Positions 1 through 9,200 of a stretch of DNA of 20,000 nt are shown piece by piece. The translations under genes were made by a program, and so were the position numbers. Origin of the DNA: an uncultured virus (IMG/VR IMGVR_UViG_3300031975_000839) (lineage: Duplodnaviria > Heunggongvirae > Uroviricota > Caudoviricetes); the IMG/VR virus record IMGVR_UViG_3300031975_000839. The stretch is one strand, 5' to 3'. How positions within the stretch are numbered: position 1 is the first letter of the stretch; every line of letters begins with the position of its first letter. The notes beneath the pieces are model-generated. The model did no database searches and was not told where the DNA came from. It saw only the letters and a program-made list of their open reading frames with translations.

Positions 1-140
1 CCATCAGCAATTGCATGCTGTAAATGTATTACTGTATTATAAGAACCTTTTGAATTTAAAACTCTATCACCAACAACAATATGTTCAATATCTTTATAAT
101 CACCATTTTCAAGTAACACTTTTGTTCCAGCAATAAAACA
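1..140 (-). other. Hint/intein domain N-terminal part (block A), in frame within the VrlC-like protein
   Basis: Translation reads ...STIRENRPASI|CFIAGTKVLLENGDYKDIEHIVVGDRVLNSKGSYNTVIHLQHAIAD. Cys at 140-138 (residue ~1526) starts the canonical CFxxGTxVxxxxGxxKxIExIxxGDxVL Hint signature. Truncated by the window edge. Confidence 0.88.
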
Positions 141-3100
141 AATTGATGCAGGCCTATTTTCTCTAATTGTACTTGTTGATGTAAATTTACTTGTTGTTTG
201 GTTTACTGATGTTTGAACAACTCTCGCATTTCTAGTTGAGATAATTGTTTCTTGCTCAGTTTCTATTACACCCTTTGCAGTATATATTTCTTGTCCGGCT
301 GTTAAAGGTAGTGTTGACCTATCGTCAGTTGAGCTTGATGTTAATCTAAATTCTACATCACCTGATTTAAATTTAGGCACAGCTTGTTGCCCTGCAAATC
401 TATATTCTGGTATTCTAAATGTAAACTCTACTTTACCAGCACCATTTGTAACTAATGCACTACCCTCAACTGGATTATTACTATCAGAAAATTCTGATGA
501 AGATGGAGTAATGAACTGACTAACAGCTGTTCTATCAAAGTATGCATAAAGTCTAGTTCCTGGCCTAAAACATTCACCAGTTATAGTAATAGTTCTTGGG
601 CGAACAAATGGAATTAATGCTCTTGATATAATTCTTTTACCTTGAGATTCATGCTCAACATGTTCAACAACTGATGTTCTTACACCAGTTCTTTTTAAAT
701 CTGTTCTTGATGTTGTAGTCGTTCTAGTGCCTGATCGCACACTTGGAACTTGTTGACCCCAACGACCAGTTGTTGTAGTTCTTACACTTGTTCTTTCAGT
801 TTTTGTGCTAACAACACCAGACCATTGTGTTTCCCAATTGTTCCAAACTGTTCCTAAAGCTCCAGAGTTTTTTAGTGCATTTTTAACGCTGTCAAAGTTA
901 CCCTCACGATTAATTATAAGTGCTGGTGCTTCTTCGGTTTCAAACCATTCATCACCACTTGGTGATAGTGTTATTTTACCAACCCATTCTTGTATCAAAT
1001 AAGTTTGAACATTTTCAACTCTTGTTGCATACGGCTGTTTAATTAATTCCTCATGCGTGTAAGGTAAAGTCAATAAATCACCAGTTTTTTGATAACCAGC
1101 AGATGCTCTTGCAGTGTCTGTAGTTGCAAGCTCAGTAAGTGAAGAATTTCTCATTACACAAATTGGACGAGCTTCATTCTCCTCCATATCAATTGCAATT
1201 TTATAATCCTTATTTAAAGTATCACCAACTTTATGCCCAGAAAAATTATCTACAATGAAACCAGATTTAAATCTGTCTAATCCATTTGCATCTTGAATCT
1301 GGAATGATTCTGCATCTCTTTCTAATAAATTAAGTGCAGTATAAAATTCTAAATTTTCTATTCTTTCTTGTAATCTACCAATATCTCTCATGGTAAATCT
1401 TTGTGTTTTATACCTTTGTATTTTCATTCCATTTGCAACTTCTGTAAATGCTGGAATGTAAATAGTTGCAAGTTTCATTGCATTGTCTATATCTTTTGGC
1501 TCTGTTGGATCTTCAGCAGATACACCCTCTACTACTTTAAATTCACCATCTGGTAGTAAAAATACTGATGCAAATTTATTAAGAAAAAATTCAAAATCAT
1601 TTGTCATTGCAGCACCAGGCTGTGGTGTATCAACGACAACTGCACCAGTTGAATCAAATGTTCTATTTGTGTGATTAAATGAATTTCCTGTGATTTCATC
1701 AACTGCTGTAATTACAGTTGACGCACCAGTTACATTTGAAACAGTAGGCCTAAAGTCTACACTATTTCTAAGTTCAAATGAACCTGATGGCTCTGGATCG
1801 TCTGGGTCAATTTTTGTCGCACTATAGTCTGGTATATCTGCATAATTCATTTGCCCAGAAACAGAGGAATAAGAATCAACAGAGAAAAAGTCTCCAGCAC
1901 CATGCTCAAAAAAGTCATAAACAATTAACAGTCTACCTCTTGGAGCTGCAACGCCAGGTTTTCTAACTAATCTTGAAATATCGTAATAAGTATCTCTTTG
2001 TCCATTGTCTAATGTAAAGTTACTTGTAATCACTTTACTACCAGCAGTAACACCACCAGTATCAATTGTTGCAGTTGCACCTGAGTGAACACCAGTAATT
2101 GTTTCACCAGCAATGAAATCAGTCGCACCAAATCCACCAATTAAAACATATTGCAATGGACTTGCAGTTGTGATTAATCTACCTTTAGCACCAGATGTTC
2201 CACCAGTAATTCTTTCACCTCTTTCAAATACACCAGTTGCAGAAGATATAGTAAGTGTTGGTGCAGTTGCGTCTGTAGAAGTATCCTCTGAATCAAATAC
2301 TGCATTGAGTCTGAATACATCTGCACGGCCAAAAGAAATAGTTTTATCTGCTGGCCTTGTTCCAAATGCATCTGTAGCACCAGTAGTAACTTTCAATTGC
2401 TTCATCAATTGAGTAGTTTTAATCTTTGGTTGCTGTGCAGATTTTGTAAGTGTTGCTAAAACTTTAACTTTTGCACCAGATCCAAATACAGTATTATCTG
2501 TAATTGTAAGTGTTTGTGTTCCAGTTCCAGAAGTATTACCACTTGCAGAAACTATATCACCAGCTGCACCACTACCAGTTCCAGCTGTAATAATTGAAAC
2601 AAGGTAATCTTTTTCTGCAAAAGTAACAAATGTTTCATTTGTTCCAGCACTTAAAGTTACAACACCAGATGCGTTTGATGTTGCGACAAATTGTGTTCTT
2701 GCATTAAATGATGTATCACTTGCACCACTGTTTGATTCTGTTTTAAGTGTCTTAATTGGTTCTTTAGGTAATTTGAATACTGCAATAGATTTTTCTGAAT
2801 CTCTTACTTTAGCTTCTTCTTGAACTTCTAGTCCAACTGCAAAACCTTGAGCATCTGTATTACCTGTTTCAAAAACTATACGATCAACTGGGTCAGCATC
2901 ATTATTAAATCCACCACCTCTAAACACTGCATCATCATCTGTTCTTTCTAAAAGAATGTCAGCTGAAAAGTTTGTAGTAGTTGAACCACCTTGTATTTGT
3001 CTTGCTTCTCTTAATTGATTTGTTTCTATGGAAACAATTGTTAAATCTGTATCAGTAGCATCTTCTACAATTAAATCTGTTTCAGATGAATCTGATGCTT

Positions 3101-4715
3101 TGATTTTTTCTCCAGCTGAAAATTTACCTACAACTTGAGTTAATATAACTTTATCTCCAGATGTTCCAGTTGGGAATACAAATCCTGTCGCACCAGAAGT
3201 GTTGCCTGTAACTTGAACACCACCATTAGAATGATTTGCAAGTAAAGTTGCACTTGGAGTTCCAGACATTGTTAATGTCGTAAACATTTGAGTATCAAAT
3301 ACTGACAACTTATAAACTGATTCTGTATTTGAACTTGTTGCGCCTGGAGTTTGTCCTTGCTCAAATTCCATGAAACGAGCTCGTGTGACACCAATTTGCC
3401 TACCAGCACTAGAACCTCTAGTTGTTGTTCTTTCTGTAAATAAGCCTATTTGACTATAGGGTGTTGTTTCACCTGAAATATTAGATATATCTGGAGTACC
3501 AAATACATTTGTAAGTCTAAGTGTATTACCAACTTCTAAGTTTGTAACACCAGCATTAATTGTTTGAAAATCTCTTGCTTTATCTATGTCTATGAGTTTT
3601 GTTGCAATTTGCTCAACTTCGTAACCTTTTACATATGCTTTTCCTGGCGATACTGAAAGTGTAAATAAAGATTCTGACGCAGTATTACCATCATTAGTTG
3701 TTGCACCAGCAGTATAAGTTCCAGTAAAATCTTGCCCCTTAACTGTTGTGTCAACACTTTCTTTTGCATCAAAAATAAAAGGAACTACTGTATAATCTCC
3801 AGATTCATCAAATGTTCTTCTTGCAAGAGTATCACCTAAAACTGAATATTCAGTTGCTTGAACATGAGAAACTATAACTCCGTTATCTATTCTCATTAAC
3901 TCTATAAAATTTGTATCAGCGGTAGAGTCAAAGTCTAACTTTGAAAGTGTTAATGATACTTTTAATCTATGAGCTCCTTTAGCTGCATAGTTTGATGAGC
4001 CAGTTGCATTGTCTGTAAGAGTTGCATCTATCTCTGGTGTAATAAGTTCCTCTGTAACTGTAAAACCAATTCTTGCAGTTTCTGTTGTTGAATTAACACT
4101 CAATGGTAAAGTTTGCTCTGCACATTGTACAAACTGCCCTCGTATAAAATAAATTCCTTTGTCTACTTTTACTGATGAACCAGTCTGTGATGCGTTAGAT
4201 GAAAAAGTTGTTCCAGATGCAACACCAGAACCATATGTCGTTGTGTGTGTTACACTTGCATCAGCAGTAATATTTTCACTATTTGAAAAGACTCCAGAAG
4301 TTAAATCTGTTCCAGTCTGTATATAATAGATGTATAAAATTGGTTGTGTTGTAGTAGTTGCAGCTTGAAATCCAATTACCTTTGCTTTAACACCAGAAGT
4401 TACGCCTGTAATTATTACTGGTGTAGTTGCATTATAAAATGATTCTGGTTTAATTGTTTCACCAGCAAATGTTGACTCTAATTGTAATGTATCAAATCTA
4501 TCAGAGTAGGATACTTGGCCAGGTATGACCATTGCACCCTCTTTAAACATATGATTACCATGTCTTTCAACTTGATTTTGAAGTATGGATTGAAGTTGTG
4601 TTAATTCTCTTGCCTGAACTGCATATCCAGGCCTAAAAAGAATACGATGAAATAAATCGTCTTGGTCAAAATCGTCATAATAAGGTACTACATTTAAATC
4701 GGTAATTTGTGGCAT
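1..4715 (-). CDS. DUF4815 / VrlC-like large virion structural protein (3'-partial, >1570 aa)
   Basis: Absent from the ORF track because it has no stop inside the window. Manual translation from ATG at 4715 (2 nt after the gp8 stop) gives MPQITDLNVVPYYDDFDQDDLFHRILFRPGYAVQARELTQLQSILQNQVERHGNHMFKEGAMVIPGQ, the characteristic N-terminus of VrlC/DUF4815 proteins that follow gp8 in marine T4-like phages. The same frame is open at the left edge and at spot-checked internal positions. Confidence 0.9.
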   Translation of the reverse strand, partial: MPQITDLNVVPYYDDFDQDDLFHRILFRPGYAVQARELTQLQSILQNQVERHGNHMFKEGAMVIPGQVSYSDRFDTLQLESTFAGETIKPESFYNATTPVIITGVTSGVKAKVIGFQAATTTTQPILYIYYIQTGTDLTSGVFSNSENITADASVTHTTTYGSGVASGTTFSSNASQTGSSVKVDKGIYFIRGQFVQCAEQTLPLSVNSTTETARIGFTVTEELITPEIDATLTDNATGSSNYAAKGAHRLKVSLTLSKLDFDSTADTNFIELMRIDNGVIVSHVQATEYSVLGDTLARRTFDESGDYTVVPFIFDAKESVDTTVKGQDFTGTYTAGATTNDGNTASESLFTLSVSPGKAYVKGYEVEQIATKLIDIDKARDFQTINAGVTNLEVGNTLRLTNVFGTPDISNISGETTPYSQIGLFTERTTTRGSSAGRQIGVTRARFMEFEQGQTPGATSSNTESVYKLSVFDTQMFTTLTMSGTPSATLLANHSNGGVQVTGNTSGATGFVFPTGTSGDKVILTQVVGKFSAGEKIKASDSSETDLIVEDATDTDLTIVSIETNQLREARQIQGGSTTTNFSADILLERTDDDAVFRGGGFNNDADPVDRIVFETGNTDAQGFAVGLEVQEEAKVRDSEKSIAVFKLPKEPIKTLKTESNSGASDTSFNARTQFVATSNASGVVTLSAGTNETFVTFAEKDYLVSIITAGTGSGAAGDIVSASGNTSGTGTQTLTITDNTVFGSGAKVKVLATLTKSAQQPKIKTTQLMKQLKVTTGATDAFGTRPADKTISFGRADVFRLNAVFDSEDTSTDATAPTLTISSATGVFERGERITGGTSGAKGRLITTASPLQYVLIGGFGATDFIAGETITGVHSGATATIDTGGVTAGSKVITSNFTLDNGQRDTYYDISRLVRKPGVAAPRGRLLIVYDFFEHGAGDFFSVDSYSSVSGQMNYADIPDYSATKIDPDDPEPSGSFELRNSVDFRPTVSNVTGASTVITAVDEITGNSFNHTNRTFDSTGAVVVDTPQPGAAMTNDFEFFLNKFASVFLLPDGEFKVVEGVSAEDPTEPKDIDNAMKLATIYIPAFTEVANGMKIQRYKTQRFTMRDIGRLQERIENLEFYTALNLLERDAESFQIQDANGLDRFKSGFIVDNFSGHKVGDTLNKDYKIAIDMEENEARPICVMRNSSLTELATTDTARASAGYQKTGDLLTLPYTHEELIKQPYATRVENVQTYLIQEWVGKITLSPSGDEWFETEEAPALIINREGNFDSVKNALKNSGALGTVWNNWETQWSGVVSTKTERTSVRTTTTGRWGQQVPSVRSGTRTTTTSRTDLKRTGVRTSVVEHVEHESQGKRIISRALIPFVRPRTITITGECFRPGTRLYAYFDRTAVSQFITPSSSEFSDSNNPVEGSALVTNGAGKVEFTFRIPEYRFAGQQAVPKFKSGDVEFRLTSSSTDDRSTLPLTAGQEIYTAKGVIETEQETIISTRNARVVQTSVNQTTSKFTSTSTIRENRPASICFIAGTKVLLENGDYKDIEHIVVGDRVLNSKGSYNTVIHLQHAIAD

Positions 4716-4717
4716 AT

Positions 4718-6217
4718 TTAAAACTCTATAATTAATTTAATATCTTCGGTTTGATCCGAATCTCGTTGAATTGGTTTTCTATTTTCTAAGTAGACAATGT
4801 TTCCACTATCTGGTTGTAACTCTGGATTTGCATATCCTGATGTTAAGGTTAATGTGTTATTATTTGCAAGTGTTACTGTCTCTGTTGTTCCTGATGTTGT
4901 TCCAGTTGCACCAGATGTTCCACCAGTTATTTGGTTTGCTCCACTAAATACAGTCAGTCCACTATTTGTAGCACTAGTTCCAAATCCAGAAAATCTCTCT
5001 TGTTGAAAATATAAAAGTTTGAGTGTGCTATCCCACTCTACCACTTTACCTACTGCTCCTGTAGTTGCTTGAGTAATTTGTTCGTCTGCCTCAAATGTTC
5101 CACTGTTGGTATCAAGTTTAACAACAAAGGTTTGTCTTGCAGTTGTAGAAGATGCAATGGTAGAAGTTCCATATGTTGTTGGGTCTACCACAAGTCCTAC
5201 TTGCCTGAAATCATTTTGAGTCGTTACATCGTCACCCTCTGCTTGTGTAAGTGTTACTGCACTCATTACAAAGTGTCCACCTAACTCCCCAATCGCATCA
5301 TTACCATGCCCACCCTTTGGACTGATGACGACATTAATTGCACCACCAGTTCCACTACCTAAAGTAGATGATGTTGACAAAGAAGCATCAGAAAAAATAA
5401 AATCATCACCAAGATTGACTGTTCCAAAAGTATATCCAGCTCCACCAGCGTGAATTGTTGTATCTGTTCCAGCAGTCAATCCAAAAGATGCAATTGCACC
5501 ACTTGAAACAGTAATTCTAACTATTGCACCAGATGATGTTCCTTGACTTGTTCCATCACCAAACACAGCTGCATAGTATGTTCCGTCTGTATATCCAGAG
5601 CCAGCAGTTACAACTAATGATTCTATTTTACCATCTGTTGCAGCTGCAGCTACAGTTGTATCATTAGAAACAGGCATATAATCAGTGGTTAAATATTTTG
5701 CAGCTTCAGATGCAGTTATGGAATACATATATTTAAGAACATAACCACCTGAAGCAAATGGTGAGGTTGATTCTGATGTCGGTTCAGCACCAGAAAATGC
5801 AGCTCCACCATTATTATCTAAAACTTTGTAAACTCTATGGTCAGAAGTCATAAAGAAAAATGTTGAATCATATAAATTTGATGCACCAGAAGATGAGGTG
5901 TTTGAAGAACTTATGTTATGCTCATACATGTCATAAATTGTTCCGTTTACCCAATTTCTTCTTGGTAATGCATAGGTAATATCTGTTGATGCGATTTTTT
6001 TTGCAGCTAACATAGAATCCCATGCATAAAATTCTGTTTCTCCTACTGCATCAGCAGGAGTTGGTGGAGAACTGTCACTACCAGTTGTAGTTGCAGTTGT
6101 AAATGCAGTTGCTTTTCCTATGAAAAGATAATATGTTGATGCAGATGCTTCTGTGAAAGATTCAAAGAATTGATCTGCGTTGTGTTGCCTAAATTTTTCT
6201 GTTATAATTGCCGACAT
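4718..6217 (-). CDS. gp8: Baseplate wedge subunit gp8-like
   Basis: 499 aa. MSAIITEKFR start, YYLFIGK, PRRNWVNGTIYDMY and VYKVLDNNGG motifs, and C-terminal SGNIVYLENRKPIQRDSDQTEDIKLIIEF typical of marine T4-like gp8. Lies between gp7 and VrlC. Confidence 0.9.
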   Translation of the reverse strand: MSAIITEKFRQHNADQFFESFTEASASTYYLFIGKATAFTTATTTGSDSSPPTPADAVGETEFYAWDSMLAAKKIASTDITYALPRRNWVNGTIYDMYEHNISSSNTSSSGASNLYDSTFFFMTSDHRVYKVLDNNGGAAFSGAEPTSESTSPFASGGYVLKYMYSITASEAAKYLTTDYMPVSNDTTVAAAATDGKIESLVVTAGSGYTDGTYYAAVFGDGTSQGTSSGAIVRITVSSGAIASFGLTAGTDTTIHAGGAGYTFGTVNLGDDFIFSDASLSTSSTLGSGTGGAINVVISPKGGHGNDAIGELGGHFVMSAVTLTQAEGDDVTTQNDFRQVGLVVDPTTYGTSTIASSTTARQTFVVKLDTNSGTFEADEQITQATTGAVGKVVEWDSTLKLLYFQQERFSGFGTSATNSGLTVFSGANQITGGTSGATGTTSGTTETVTLANNNTLTLTSGYANPELQPDSGNIVYLENRKPIQRDSDQTEDIKLIIEF

Positions 6218-6236
6218 AGTTTAAAACCCTTTAGTT

Positions 6237-6244
6237 TATTTATA
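6237..6244 (-). promoter_or_regulatory. T4-type late promoter TATAAATA upstream of gp8
   Basis: Perfect TATAAATA on the minus strand in the short gp7-gp8 intergenic gap, 19 nt before the gp8 ATG. Confidence 0.8.
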
Positions 6245-6251
6245 CAATAAT

Positions 6252-9200
6252 TTATACTGTTATTCCTGTTGCACCCTCTAAATCAAAATTATCTCCAGCA
6301 TTTGATGATGTGCTGTCTGTTCCGTTTAATACTAAATAACCATGAGAAGTTACACCATCTATATTGTTTATAGTTTCGTCCTCTAACGCAATATCACCAG
6401 TTGTCCTCACAACAATTTCTGATGCTTGAACTATTGGTTGAGCCCCTACTGGATTTACACTACTATTTAGTGTCCAATTCTCAATAGGTATCTGTCCTTC
6501 TGAAATAATTAAATTTGTTGACTCAAGTAATAATTCTGATGCAGTATCATTTCGTAATGAATCTTCTAGTAACACTTTATCGCCTGCATTAGGAATTGGA
6601 TCATCAATACCCGTTCCGTTTAATATAATTACATCATCACCACTTGTTCCTTGTATTTCTAGTTTAATACCAGAATCATCTGTAAGATCTTCTTGTGATT
6701 CTAAATTAAGAAGTGAACTGTTTTCACCCTCTAAAAGTATTCTTTCAACAACTGAATTAGAAGAATATTCTTCTTCAATTAAACTTCCAGATAGTTCTAA
6801 AGTAAACCTATTTCTTTTTGTAGTTTCTTGCAACAAATGATTACCAGCATTTGATGATGTACTGTCTGTTCCATCTAAAATAAGTTGTCCAAAATCCTCA
6901 AGAAGAACTCCAGTATTTTCAATTGCATTTGCATTATTTTGCTCTACTGATTTACTAAGATTATCATTAATAATAATTTTACTCTTATTAAGAATATCGT
7001 TAAAAGTTAAACTATTTACATCACTGAGTTTAACTGAAGTGTCATCATGGTCATCTTCTAATAATATTTTTTCATGCTCATTTATATAATACCCAACTGG
7101 AAATGCCCATGTATCTGATTCAGCCATGAGAACAGAATCATCACCACCTTGCTCTAATAGTATTCTATCTTTTAAGCCTCTTGTTACAAAAGTAGAATCC
7201 TCTTGTAATATTCTACTACCATCTTCCATTAAAATATTACCGCCATCATCTGTACCAGATCCATCTGTTGCATTTAATACAACATGGTCTCTATCCTCAT
7301 CACCCTCAAGTAATATTGGAACATTAGGGTCATTAAATGGAAGTGTTCCATCTATGACTAAGTTACCAGACTCAAAAGAACCCTCAGTTGAGTTTTCTAA
7401 TTGTAGTGCAGATTGCCCACTTCCAAAAGGATTTTGTGCAAGTTGTAGTAAAAGATTTCTTGCAGCTCTAACTGTAGGCCTTGTAGATATATCTACCTTT
7501 GTTCTTTTAACTAAAACTCTCTCTGCTTTACCACTCGGTGCATGAGAAGTTTCTGCCATGAGCCTACCACCACCATCATCATTGGTATCTCTTTCTGGAT
7601 TACCCTCAAATAAAATATTGTCTCCAGCATTACTTGATGAAATATCTGTTCCATCAAGAATAATCGTATCATCTCTATCACCTCTATCACCATCTGGTGC
7701 AACTTCTAGTCTACTTTTAATAACTTGGTCAAATATAGTTTCAAATGTAGATGCAAGTATTGGTGAGAATCTATCATCACCAGTAAATCCTGATAATGTG
7801 GCACCAGCATTTGTTACTGCAACTGATATTGCAGATGCAATTGACACTTTACCAAATGGTCTAAATCCAGCTGGGTGAACTGCTTTCTTGAGTTCATTTA
7901 CATAAGTTCCAAATGCTTCACCAACTTGAACCTCATATGAATAATCTTGATAGTAATAAGAGTCTTGAACACGAATTAAATCTTCACCTATTAAACTTTT
8001 TATACCACTATAAGAACCCTCAGAAGTTGATGTTTGTCCTATTTGACTTGATGCAGTTGCAATGTCTGCTTTGATGATTGTTCCTGTTGCACCAGTGTTG
8101 TCAGTTATAACAACATTATCTTTACTAAAATCTATTGCATCTTCATTAATAATATTGTCACCAGCATCACTTGATGAACTATCAGTTCCATCAAGAAGTA
8201 TATCTCCAGTTCCAGTTTCATCTTCTCCTAGTAAATTACTATTTGCATCAGTAGAGTCTGAATCAGTTCCATTTAAAATTAATCTGTTTCCAGCTTCTTC
8301 TATTGCAACAACTTCACCAGCTGCTGTTCCGTCAGAATCAATTCCATCAAGGAGTAAAAATTGCCCTGATAAATTTTCTTGATACCTATCTAATTTAATT
8401 ACACCTACTCCTGACTCTGGTGCAATAAAACTTGAATCACTAACTTCTAAAATAAATCTATCACCAGTATCAGAAAAACCAGTAAGTGTAACTCTTGGTT
8501 CATTTTCCTCCATGACTAAAATGGAATCTTGTCCATCATTAGAACCAACTTCTAATAAAATATTATCATTTTGGTCAACACCACCAGATGCAGTTTGATT
8601 AAATCCTATTCTTGATTCTCTTGTGACTGCAAGACTTTCTTGCATTAAGAAACCAAGTCCTGTATCAGTTCCGTCCTCTAATAAAAGTCCACGAATAGCA
8701 GTTTGACTTGCATCTAATAAAACATTTTCACTCTCATCTTCTATGGTGGTTTGTGGATCTGGTGTATATGCAAGTCCACCCATACCAGAGTGATTTACAC
8801 AATAATAATATAAGTCTGGAGCTCCAGATGCAACAACTATTTGAATATATGCACCTGTTGTTCCAATATCAATATAAGATGCAGAAGTTGTAACACCATC
8901 AGTATATTCAGATCCACCACCATGTGTTCCGTTTGGTGTTATTGAAAATTTAAGTTGATGATTTTTAGATGATACTGCGTTGTACAACGAACTATCTGAT
9001 AAGTCAAAGTAATAAGTGTTACCCTCTGTTAATCTAAGTGTTGGTTGTGGAACACTATCAATTGCAAAAATGTTAGCAGTGTCTGATGCATTTCTAACAA
9101 CAGTAACTTTTTTAGTAATTGTTCTTGTGGATGGTGTTGTAATTGATGTTCCATCTAATAAAACATCTTCACCATCATCAAAGTCTTGTGTGTCCTCTAA

